Assembly (NCBI GenBank): GCA_017435615.1
Contig: JAFSET010000034.1
Coordinates: 2,772 to 66,771, forward strand
Reading direction: 5' to 3'
From: Oscillospiraceae bacterium
Lineage (GTDB): Bacteria; Bacillota; Clostridia; Oscillospirales; Oscillospiraceae
DNA: 64,000 nucleotides
Positions 46,201 to 55,374 of this stretch are shown here, one piece after another; position 1 is the stretch's first letter, and every line of letters begins with the position of its first letter. Below the pieces are notes generated by a model, which worked only from the letters and a program-made list of their open reading frames with translations, did not search any database and had not been told where the DNA came from. Position numbers and translations under genes: made by a program.

Positions 46201-47616
46201 TTACCGGGATTGCGGTAATGTTACAGTCACAAGGGTGCCGCCGTCAGGGGCATTATCCAGCGTCAGCGTTCCGCCGTGCATCTGCACGATCTCATCGCAT
46301 ACTGCCAGGCCAATACCGGAACCACGGGCCTTGGAGCTGCCTTTATAAAACTTTTTCTTCACAAGGGGCAGCTCATCCTCCGGAATACCGGAACCAAAGT
46401 CACGAATTCGCACCACAACCTGTCCTTCTTCCAAACAAATGGATGCCTCGATGCGTTTCCCCTCACCGCCATGCTTGGCGGCGTTATCCAATATATTCAG
46501 GAAAACCTGCCGCATACGCTTGGGATCGCAGGAAATTTCCGGTATATCGTCGTCATTTTCGTTATAGATCAGATCGATACCATCCTGCTGCAGTCTGCTG
46601 CCGTACATAAAGACAGTATCCTCAAATTCGGAACGGATGTCCGCCAGCTCGATATTCAGCGTCATTCTTCCATCCTGTATCCGGGTAAAGTCCAGCAGCT
46701 CCACTACCATTTCCGTCAGGCGCATGGTCTCCCGGTGGATGATCTTCATGCCCCGCCGGGTGTCCTTGTCCAAATTGTCGCTGCCCAGAAGCGTTTCACT
46801 CCAGCCGGTAATGGCGGTCAAAGGGGTGCGCAGCTCGTGGGACAATGAGGAAATAAAATCGGTCTGCATTTTTTCATTCTCATTGATCTTCAGTGACATT
46901 TCGTTGATGGCATCTGTCAGCTCTCCGATCTCATCATCATACTGCTTTTGGATCTGAATACCGTAGCTTCCGCCGGTGATCAGCTTGGCTTTTTCGATAA
47001 CCTCTCGCAGCGGATTTAAAATCGAACGGATGAAATAGTTACTGCTCAGCAGCACAATGGCCACAACAATAGCCAAAGCAAACAGACAGATCAGCGCAAT
47101 ATAGACGATCTGCATATCCATGATCCGGGTGGAGGTCACATACCGCAAAACACCGATCACTTCGCCGTTTTTGTAGATCATTGGGCTGGAAACAGCCATG
47201 ATCCGTTCTCCGGTCTGGGGACTTGCTCCCTTGAAGCTGCGGATACCTCTGGTGGCAATGGCCTCCGCGATTTCGCTGGTAGTAAGCACTTCCACGGACC
47301 ACTGTCCGTAGGAGGACGCCACCAAATCCCCCTGGGTGCTGATAAACTGCAGCTCGATGTTATTTTTATCCTCAAAGGTTTGGGCATAGGTAATGCAGGA
47401 CTGATAGTAATCGTTATAATTCAGGTTTTGATAATCAGCGAAAAAATCCGTTGTGGTCCTGGCACGGTAGCGCATATCCGACTCCATTGCGGAATAGTAG
47501 TACGCGGCAAAGGCCGCCGTAATACCGAATACGCATACCAATCCCACCGCCGTGATCACACCGACCGTGTTGATCAGCCACCGGCGGCGCAGTCCCTTGA
47601 CTTTCATCACCGCCAT
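46201..47616 (-). CDS. HAMP-domain sensor histidine kinase
   Basis: Two TM helices, HAMP, SHELRTPLT, NILDNAAK, GSGIGL. Confidence 0.95.
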   Translation of the reverse strand: MAVMKVKGLRRRWLINTVGVITAVGLVCVFGITAAFAAYYYSAMESDMRYRARTTTDFFADYQNLNYNDYYQSCITYAQTFEDKNNIELQFISTQGDLVASSYGQWSVEVLTTSEIAEAIATRGIRSFKGASPQTGERIMAVSSPMIYKNGEVIGVLRYVTSTRIMDMQIVYIALICLFALAIVVAIVLLSSNYFIRSILNPLREVIEKAKLITGGSYGIQIQKQYDDEIGELTDAINEMSLKINENEKMQTDFISSLSHELRTPLTAITGWSETLLGSDNLDKDTRRGMKIIHRETMRLTEMVVELLDFTRIQDGRMTLNIELADIRSEFEDTVFMYGSRLQQDGIDLIYNENDDDIPEISCDPKRMRQVFLNILDNAAKHGGEGKRIEASICLEEGQVVVRIRDFGSGIPEDELPLVKKKFYKGSSKARGSGIGLAVCDEIVQMHGGTLTLDNAPDGGTLVTVTLPQSR

Positions 47617-47619
47617 GGG

Positions 47620-48306
47620 TCACGCTCCCCACTTGTAGCCATAGCCCCAAACCGTGGTGATGTAAACGGGATTTGCCGTATTGTCTTCGATCTTGATCCG
47701 CAGGCGGCGAATATTCACATCCACGATCTTCAGTTCCCCCTCATAATCCTTGCCCCATACCGCGGAAAGGATCTCCTCCCGGGACAGCGCACGGCCGGGA
47801 TTTTGCATAAACAGCTTCATGATCGCGTATTCCACCTGGGTCAGGCGAATGGGAGAGCCGGACTTTTCCAGGGTATGGTTACGCACGTGCATCACGAAGG
47901 GCCCTTGGGTCAAATAGTCAGAAGCAATCGCACCCTCGCCACCAATGCGGCGGTACAGAGCATCGATACGGGCAGTCAGCTCCGCAGGGGAAAAGGGCTT
48001 GGTCACATAATCATCCGCACCGGTCATCAGGGCGGTGATCTTGTCCATTTCCTGGGTGCGCGCAGTAAGCATAATGATGCCGATCTGCTTATTGGCAGCA
48101 CGGATACGCCGGCACACTTCAAAGCCATCAATATCCGGCAGCATAATATCCAAAATGGCTACGCCCACATCCGGATGCTCCTTCAGCCGGTCCAGCGCCT
48201 GCTGGCCCGTGGAGGCTTCCAGGGCTTTATAGCCCGCACGCTTCAAATTGATCACCACGAAGCTGCGAATATTCTCTTCGTCTTCTAAAATCAGTACTTT
48301 TTTCAT
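47620..48306 (-). CDS. OmpR-family response regulator
   Basis: LEDE, LDIMLP, GADDYVTKPF, VDVNIRRLR; start moved to MKKVLIL. Confidence 0.95.
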   Translation of the reverse strand: MKKVLILEDEENIRSFVVINLKRAGYKALEASTGQQALDRLKEHPDVGVAILDIMLPDIDGFEVCRRIRAANKQIGIIMLTARTQEMDKITALMTGADDYVTKPFSPAELTARIDALYRRIGGEGAIASDYLTQGPFVMHVRNHTLEKSGSPIRLTQVEYAIMKLFMQNPGRALSREEILSAVWGKDYEGELKIVDVNIRRLRIKIEDNTANPVYITTVWGYGYKWGA

Positions 48307-48307
48307 A

Positions 48308-49621
48308 TTACATCTCTCCGGTCTTCCAGTGTTCACGAATTAAATGAAAGCTGCGAACCACTGTTTCCTGTGTAAGATCATAGTTTTCAGCAGCCTGCTC
48401 CAGGCGGGCTACGTAAATGGCAGTTTCTGCCTTATACAGCACAAAGCGGTTTTCTTTTGTGCTGAGCTCCTCTCTGTTTTGGCCGGTCAGGGCGCTTACG
48501 CTCATTACTTTAACGGGAGCTTCTCCGTCCCATACATAAAAATCGCACACACTGCCCTGATCCACAACGCTGAGACTGGGTGCCAACTGGCTGTCAAGCT
48601 GCATATACCATCCGCCCAGAAAGCTGTGATATGTATAGAGCTTGTCTACCTCCTCACCCCGGTCGGTCATGGAATACCAGCGTATCAGGTTGTTCCCCTG
48701 AACCTGCCGGGTAGTATCGATGGGCCGCATGGGCGTCAAGCTGGGAAGCTCCATTACCCCGTCGGAATCAATATCGTCGGCATACACAAAATAATTGCGC
48801 ATGGTTTTGATGCTGGTACCGGAGTCATTGGACAGTGACACATTGGTAAAAACACCGTCGACCAAGGCAAATACATCCGTGATCAGGGTGTTTTCGTCCA
48901 CCGCGCTGGCAATGTACACCGCCGGTTTTCCACCGTAAAGCTGACCGGTCAGAATACGCTTTAAATTATCTGCGGTTTCGGACATTGTGACTTCCACGGA
49001 CCGTTCAGAAACACCATTTCGGACGCTGAACAGCTCCACAATTCCCCGATCCGACTCTGTTGGGCCTGCACGAAGCACGAACAGCTCGCTTTTTCCGTTT
49101 GCGTTCAGGTCCACTGTTAAAAAATTGCGGTAGTCCGCTGTGGCAAGCTGAACGGCAGTACCTGTGGAAAAGCTGAAAACGGAAACAGAACGGGAAAGCT
49201 GATCACTGACCTGGGTGCCCACCACGATCTCCACACCCGGCTCACCGTCGATCTGCGCATATTCCACTTTCTCAAAGGCCGCACCCATCAGATTTATGGT
49301 TTCCGTGTGAATGTACGCCTCGTTGATCTGTGTGAAGATCAGGATATGCAAAGGGCTCTCGGATCCATCCTTGGCATAAAGCAGACATTCCTCCACATCG
49401 TCACCGTCCAGATCCGCCATCTGCACGATCTGCTGATTTTCTCCGGAGACCGGCGCGCAGTATTCCATTGTGGACATTGCATCGGCAATGGCACTTTGCA
49501 AACTGTTGTAATCCTCAGAGCGTTCCGGCGGTACATACATTTGGTCCACCGTCCGCATTTGGCAGCCGCAGAGCACCAGCACCGCCAAAGCTGCGCAAAG
49601 GATCAAAAACCTTTTTGTCAT
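48308..49621 (-). CDS. Lipoprotein with FG-GAP/VCBS-like repeats, upstream of the two-component pair
   Basis: Start MTKRFL, LCGC lipobox; DLDGD, DLNANG, DIDSDG repeats. Confidence 0.8.
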   Translation of the reverse strand: MTKRFLILCAALAVLVLCGCQMRTVDQMYVPPERSEDYNSLQSAIADAMSTMEYCAPVSGENQQIVQMADLDGDDVEECLLYAKDGSESPLHILIFTQINEAYIHTETINLMGAAFEKVEYAQIDGEPGVEIVVGTQVSDQLSRSVSVFSFSTGTAVQLATADYRNFLTVDLNANGKSELFVLRAGPTESDRGIVELFSVRNGVSERSVEVTMSETADNLKRILTGQLYGGKPAVYIASAVDENTLITDVFALVDGVFTNVSLSNDSGTSIKTMRNYFVYADDIDSDGVMELPSLTPMRPIDTTRQVQGNNLIRWYSMTDRGEEVDKLYTYHSFLGGWYMQLDSQLAPSLSVVDQGSVCDFYVWDGEAPVKVMSVSALTGQNREELSTKENRFVLYKAETAIYVARLEQAAENYDLTQETVVRSFHLIREHWKTGEM

Positions 49622-49698
49622 ATTGGCACCTTTTTTCATTATAGCATAGCACGAATTAAAATGGTAGCTGCTTTCGTAAACATCGGTAAGATCCGCGT

Positions 49699-52600
49699 TT
49701 ACCTTAGTACAACATTGTCTTCTCCCAGCACACTGCGCAGCTCTGCAAGCATGGTGTGATACAGCGCGCACTTGCTGCCCCGGCGGGCTTTTGTATCTGC
49801 AAAATAGAGCACAGCGGCCGTTTCTCCCGGGAACATGTTCAAAATGGCCTTGACCTTTCCATACCGGGGATCGGATTCGCTGGGAAGCCGCAGGTACAGC
49901 GTATCAGCCTGCGCAACGGCAGATTGCTCCTCTTCCACCGGCTCGCCCTTGGCGTAGTCCGACATAGGACGGGCTCTGTTGATCACGATCTGCGGGTCTT
50001 TGTCGTCCCGTACCGAGAACCGTCCGGTAATGACCACAGGCTCATTCTCACGCAAATAGTTTCCAAACTGGCTGAGTACACTGGAAAACGCCAGCATTTC
50101 AATGGAGGCCGTATCATCCTCCAGGGACACATAGGCCATCATGGAATTGTTGCGGGTGGTCTTCATCTTCACATTCTGCACCACGCCGGCAACACTGACG
50201 ATCTGTTCATCCCGGTAAGGGCAATCCTCTGCCATCAGCCGGCCAATTGGCACAACATGGGTATTCTTCAAATAACCTCTGTAGTCATCCATGGGATGAC
50301 CGGACAGATAAATTCCGGTGGTCTCCTTCTCCATCCGCATCAGCTCCGCCCTGGACTTTTCCGGCAGCACCGGGATGGGCGTGGCTACAGACGGGTCTTC
50401 CGCCTCCAAAAGCGCAAACATACCCATCTGCCCTTCCAGATTTTTCTTTTTGGAGCTGGCAATGGAATCCATCATAGCTTCATACGCCGCAAGCATAGAG
50501 CTTCTGTTATGTCCGAAGCAGTCCATGGCACCGCACTTGATAAAGTTCTCCACCGCACGCTTATTCAGCTCGTCGCCCATCCGCCGCAAAAAGTCCTCCA
50601 TGGATTTAAACGGACCGTTTTCGCTGCGATTGGCCGCCATGCTGCGGATCAGGCCACGGCCCACGTTTTTCACCGCACCCATACCAAAGCGAATGGCATC
50701 GCCTTCTACGGTAAAATGGTCATCGGAGCTGTTAATATCCGGCGGTAATGTGGCAATTCCCATTTCCTTACATTCCGCAATGTAGCCGGATACCTTCACG
50801 GAGTTATCCAGCACAGAGGTCATCAGCGCTGCCATATACTCGTGGGGATAGTGGCACTTCAAATAGGCCGTTTGATAAGATACCACGCCATAGCACACTG
50901 CATGCGCCTTATTGAAGGCGTAGTTGGCAAAGTCCACGATCTCATCATAAATGGACTGGGCCACCTGCTCGGAAATTCCCTTATGGATACAGCCGGGAAT
51001 TCCCTGGTCCTCATCACCGTAGACAAAGACCTTCCGCTCCGACTCGATGACCTTCATTTTCTTCTTGGAAATGGCCCGGCGGATGTTATCCGCCTGTCCC
51101 ATGGTATAGCCGCCCAGGCTGCGGAAGATCTCGATCACCTGCTCCTGATACACGATACAGCCGTAGGTGACCTTCAAAATCGGTTCCAGATGCGGCGTCT
51201 TGTAGGTGATCTTCCGATGATCCAGCTTGTTGGCTATGAACCGGGGAATGGATTCCATCGGTCCCGGACGGTACAACGCGACAATTGCCGTCATATCCTC
51301 GATCGATGTGGGCTTCATATTGACACACACGCCGGTGATACCGGCAGATTCCAACTGGAATACGCCCTGGGTCTTACCCTCTGCCAGCATTTGAAAGGTT
51401 TCCGGATCATCGTCGGGGATCCTGGCAATATCGAAATCCGGGTCCTTTTTCCGGATCTGCTGCTGAGCGTCTTCGATCACCGTCAGGTTTCTCAGGCCCA
51501 AAAAGTCCATTTTTAAAAGACCCAGTTCCTCAATGGTGGTCATGGTATATTGGGTGACGATGGTGTCGTCATTCCGGGAAAGAGGCACATAGGTGCATAC
51601 GGGATCGGCTGTGATCACCACGCCGGCTGCATGGGTGGAGCTGTTTCGGGGCATACCTTCCAGGGACATGGCGGTATCGATCAGCTCCCGGACCTTTTCA
51701 TCCCCGTCGTACATTTCCTTAAGCTGAGGTGAGACCTCCAGGGCCTCCTTCAGGGTAATATGCAGCGTTGTGGGAACCAGCTTGGCCACCACATCGGTTT
51801 GGGCGTAGGAAAAATTCAGCACTCTGCCCACATCCCGGATGGCACCGCGGGCAGCCATAGTGCCGAAGGTGGCGATCTGCGCCACATGGTCAGCACCGTA
51901 TTTCCGGGTGACATACTCGATCACCTCACCGCGGCGCTCCTGACAGAAGTCTGTATCAAAATCAGGCATGCTGACCCGCTCCGGGTTCAGGAACCGTTCA
52001 AAGATTAGCGCGTACTTCATGGGATCCACTTCGGTGATGTGCATACAATATGCCACGATGGATGCCGCACCGGAGCCACGGCCCGGTCCCACCGGAATAC
52101 CGGAGTCCTTAGCAAAGCGGATAAAATCCCAGACAATGAGATAGTAGTTTACATAACCCATCCGGCTGATAACATCGATCTCGTAGTCCAGGCGCTCCTG
52201 ATATTCCTTGGGCGCATGGGGATAGCGCTCCCGGAAGCCGTCGGCGCAGAGCTTTCGGAAATATTCCTCGTTGGTGTACCCTTCCGGTACCGGGAAGGAC
52301 GGCAGATGGTACTCGTTGAAGACAAATTCCAGATTGCATCTGTCCGCAATTCGCTGGGTATTTTCAAAGGCTTCATCACAGCCCGGAAAAAGCGCGCGCA
52401 GTTCTTCTTCGCTTTTCAGGTAGAATTCGTCCGTAGAGAACTTCATCCGGTTGGGATCGTCGATCGTCTTACCGGTTTGGATGCACAGCAGTACATCCTG
52501 CATTTTTGCATCCTCTTTACGCAAATAGTGGGCATCGTTGGTGACCACCAAAGGCAGACCGGTCTCCCGGGCCAGACGCATAATTCCCTGGTTCACAGGA

Positions 52601-53151
52601 CGCTGCTCCGGAATTCCGTGGTCCTGCAGCTCCAGATAAAAATGGTCCGGACCAAAAATATCATGCAGCGCCAGCGCATGCCGCTTGGCCGCATCGTAAT
52701 CCTCACTCATCAGGCTGTCTGCCACCGCACCGGCCAGGCAAGCGGATGTGGCGATCAAGCCTTCGTGGTACTTGCTTAAAAGCTCCAGGTCTATCCGGGG
52801 ACGGCCGTAGTACATACCACGGCAAAAGCCCTCGGAAACCAGCATGCACAGGTTTTCATAGCCCTTGCGGTCCTTGCACAGCAGTACCAGGTGGTACGGA
52901 TCGTTGTCCATGCCGTAGATCCGGTCCTCCATGCCACGGCGGGCAACATAGACCTCACAGCCAATAATGGGTTTGATACCGGCAGCCTTCGCAGCTTTAT
53001 AAAAATCGATACAGCCGTACATAACGCCGTGATCGGTGATGGCAATGGCACTTTGTCCCAGCTCTTTGACCCGGTCCATCATACCGCTGATACGGCAGGC
53101 ACCGTCCAGCAGACTGTATTCAGAGTGGACATGCAGATGTACAAAGCTCAC
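49699..53151 (-). CDS. dnaE: DNA polymerase III alpha subunit
   Basis: HLHVHSEYSLLDG, GPGRGS, PDFDTDF, YAFNKAH. Confidence 0.98.
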   Translation of the reverse strand: MSFVHLHVHSEYSLLDGACRISGMMDRVKELGQSAIAITDHGVMYGCIDFYKAAKAAGIKPIIGCEVYVARRGMEDRIYGMDNDPYHLVLLCKDRKGYENLCMLVSEGFCRGMYYGRPRIDLELLSKYHEGLIATSACLAGAVADSLMSEDYDAAKRHALALHDIFGPDHFYLELQDHGIPEQRPVNQGIMRLARETGLPLVVTNDAHYLRKEDAKMQDVLLCIQTGKTIDDPNRMKFSTDEFYLKSEEELRALFPGCDEAFENTQRIADRCNLEFVFNEYHLPSFPVPEGYTNEEYFRKLCADGFRERYPHAPKEYQERLDYEIDVISRMGYVNYYLIVWDFIRFAKDSGIPVGPGRGSGAASIVAYCMHITEVDPMKYALIFERFLNPERVSMPDFDTDFCQERRGEVIEYVTRKYGADHVAQIATFGTMAARGAIRDVGRVLNFSYAQTDVVAKLVPTTLHITLKEALEVSPQLKEMYDGDEKVRELIDTAMSLEGMPRNSSTHAAGVVITADPVCTYVPLSRNDDTIVTQYTMTTIEELGLLKMDFLGLRNLTVIEDAQQQIRKKDPDFDIARIPDDDPETFQMLAEGKTQGVFQLESAGITGVCVNMKPTSIEDMTAIVALYRPGPMESIPRFIANKLDHRKITYKTPHLEPILKVTYGCIVYQEQVIEIFRSLGGYTMGQADNIRRAISKKKMKVIESERKVFVYGDEDQGIPGCIHKGISEQVAQSIYDEIVDFANYAFNKAHAVCYGVVSYQTAYLKCHYPHEYMAALMTSVLDNSVKVSGYIAECKEMGIATLPPDINSSDDHFTVEGDAIRFGMGAVKNVGRGLIRSMAANRSENGPFKSMEDFLRRMGDELNKRAVENFIKCGAMDCFGHNRSSMLAAYEAMMDSIASSKKKNLEGQMGMFALLEAEDPSVATPIPVLPEKSRAELMRMEKETTGIYLSGHPMDDYRGYLKNTHVVPIGRLMAEDCPYRDEQIVSVAGVVQNVKMKTTRNNSMMAYVSLEDDTASIEMLAFSSVLSQFGNYLRENEPVVITGRFSVRDDKDPQIVINRARPMSDYAKGEPVEEEQSAVAQADTLYLRLPSESDPRYGKVKAILNMFPGETAAVLYFADTKARRGSKCALYHTMLAELRSVLGEDNVVLR

Positions 53152-54062
53152 TTCCCCACCTCCTGTGCAAGCTGAACCAGCTTTTTCAGCCGGTGATTCA
53201 TTGCCGGCTTGGTAATCGGCGGCTCCATCAGGGCCGCCAGCTCCGTTAAAGAAGCCTCAGGGTGACTTTCACGGGCACTGACAGCCTGCAAAAGCTTGGC
53301 AGGAAGCTGTTCCACCAGCCCACGCTCACGCAGTACCCGGATGGCACCAAGCTGCTCCTGAGCGGCCTCCACCACCTTGGAGGTATTGGCCTCGTCGCAG
53401 TTGCAGCGGCGGTTGACTTTATTGTTCAGTTCTTTTTCCAAACGGGCTTCAATAATCCCCATAGATGCTACCGACGCGCCGATATAGGCCAGGCAGTCGG
53501 ATATCTGATCACTTTGCTTCAGGTACAGCACCTGTCCGCCGCCACGAACGGCGGTTTTGGGATAAAAAGACAGCACTTCCTGCATCAGGGCATACGCCTC
53601 CCGGGAGACACTTTGATGCACCGTGGTCAATTCCAAATGATATCCCTTCCCCGGGTCGGTTACCGAGCCGCCTGCCAAAAACGCGCCGCGCAAAAAGGAT
53701 ATTTTACAGCAGTCATCTTCGATCATAGCCAAGTTGATGTGCAGGGACAGCGTTCCAGCAGGGTCAAAGCCATAGGCATCCATGATTCGGTGAAGCTTTT
53801 CAGGATCTGTGATCTGAAAGACCTGCTTTCCCGCGGACTCCGGATCAGGCTGCACGTCAAAAGCAACGCCGAGAGCCTTTCGAAACAGGCGGGGCAGCCG
53901 CTGCGCAAATTCCCGGCTTTCTGTGATGATGCGAATACCGTCCGCACCGAAGCTGTTGCAAAACAGCAATATTCCAAAGCACTCCGCCATGGCGCAGCAC
54001 TGTCTTTGGGGAATATTCCTGCAAAGCTCTGCCTTTGCGTTGGCGGAAAATGAGCTGGCCAT
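53148..54062 (-). CDS. whiA: DNA-binding protein WhiA
   Basis: FLRGAFLAGGSVTDP..YHLE, NRRCNCDEAN, NHRLKKL. Confidence 0.95.
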   Translation of the reverse strand: MASSFSANAKAELCRNIPQRQCCAMAECFGILLFCNSFGADGIRIITESREFAQRLPRLFRKALGVAFDVQPDPESAGKQVFQITDPEKLHRIMDAYGFDPAGTLSLHINLAMIEDDCCKISFLRGAFLAGGSVTDPGKGYHLELTTVHQSVSREAYALMQEVLSFYPKTAVRGGGQVLYLKQSDQISDCLAYIGASVASMGIIEARLEKELNNKVNRRCNCDEANTSKVVEAAQEQLGAIRVLRERGLVEQLPAKLLQAVSARESHPEASLTELAALMEPPITKPAMNHRLKKLVQLAQEVGK

Positions 54063-54083
54063 AGGGTGTCCTCCTTCCTGTTT

Positions 54084-54992
54084 TTACCAAATACGGACCT
54101 CAGGCTCCAAACGAATACCGGTTTGCGCAAAAACTCTGTCGGAGACCTGCTTCAAAAGGTCCTTGACCTCCTGGGCGGTGGCACCGCCTAAATTCACAAC
54201 AAATCCGGAATGTTTGTCAGAAACTGCCGCGCCGCCTACCTGATAGCCCTTCAATCCTGCCTGCTCGATCAGGGCAGCGGCATAGCCGCCAACAGGTCTT
54301 TTAAAAGCAGAACCGGCAGAGGGCTTATCCAAAGGCTGAGAGGCCTTGCGCTTTGCTGCCAGCTCCTGCATCCGGGAACGGATATCCTCAGGGTCTTTGG
54401 CAGTCAGTTCAAACACTGCGCTGACCACGATCCCCCGCTCCTCTTCCAGGCGGCTGTGGCGGTAGGAAAAGTCCATTTCATCCGCGGAGTACGTTTGCAG
54501 ACCGCCGTCGGCAGTCAGCACCTGCACGGAATTGCACACATCCTTGATCTCTCCGCCGTACGCGCCGGCGTTCATATAGACACCGCCGCCCACAGAGCCG
54601 GGAATACCGTGAGCAAACTCCAGCCCGGACAGGCCCAGGCCTGCCGCAAACACTGCCAGCCGGGTCATAGTGACGCCGGCATCTGCCTGAATGTGGGTTT
54701 CATCGAGCTGCCTGATTTGGGACAGCTCCTTTAAGCAGATCACCAATCCGGGAATACCGGCGTCCGGCGCAAGAATATTGGTTCCTGCGCCTAAAATAGC
54801 AGCCGTTACGTCCAATAAAGCGGACTGTTCCAAAAGCTGGCCGAGCTGCGCCGCATCCTCCGGAAAGGCCATAACCTCCGCAGGACCGCCAATTCGGAAG
54901 GACGTATGGGCAGAAAGGGGCTCTTGAAAACGCATTTGTATATGGGGCAGCGCAGAGGATATTTTGCGCTGAAAATCGGTTAAATCAGTCAT
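54084..54992 (-). CDS. murB: UDP-N-acetylmuramate dehydrogenase
   Basis: HTSFRIGGPA, GIPGSVGGGVYMNAGAYG, PSAGSAFKRP, LEPEV; start moved to MTDLTD (GGAGG RBS). Confidence 0.96.
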   Translation of the reverse strand: MTDLTDFQRKISSALPHIQMRFQEPLSAHTSFRIGGPAEVMAFPEDAAQLGQLLEQSALLDVTAAILGAGTNILAPDAGIPGLVICLKELSQIRQLDETHIQADAGVTMTRLAVFAAGLGLSGLEFAHGIPGSVGGGVYMNAGAYGGEIKDVCNSVQVLTADGGLQTYSADEMDFSYRHSRLEEERGIVVSAVFELTAKDPEDIRSRMQELAAKRKASQPLDKPSAGSAFKRPVGGYAAALIEQAGLKGYQVGGAAVSDKHSGFVVNLGGATAQEVKDLLKQVSDRVFAQTGIRLEPEVRIW

Positions 54993-55153
54993 AAACGCCT
55001 CCGGGTGTATGATTACAGACAGTATATCATATCCGTAACAAATATGCAATTATTACTGCCATGAAATTTTTGTAATATCCTCACTTTTTTAGCATGCAGA
55101 ACCAACCGCCAGGGCATAAAATCGAGCCGGCTTCTAAGGAAGCCGGCTCATAA

Positions 55154-55338
55154 CAGAGTGTCAAAAAAGTACCTTTTCCGAAAATACGTGTCATTCCGAG
55201 GAGCGAAGCGACGTGGGAATCCGTTCCTAAAAGTATATGTTTTACCTGAAAAATAAGCAAAAACGGAATTTTTTGAGAAACGGATTGCCACGCCAGTGTG
55301 CGCACTGGCTCGCAATGACAGGGGTTTTTGACAGACTG
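55154..55338. mobile_element. MITE copy 2 (185 bp) flanked by a 35-bp direct repeat of a terminator hairpin
   Basis: Direct repeats AAATCGAGCCGGCTTCTAAGGAAGCCGGCTCATAA at 55119-55153 and 55339-55373; TIRs CAGAGTGTCAAAAA/TTTTTGACAGACTG (12/14). Confidence 0.9.
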
Positions 55339-55374
55339 AAATCGAGCCGGCTTCTAAGGAAGCCGGCTCATAAA

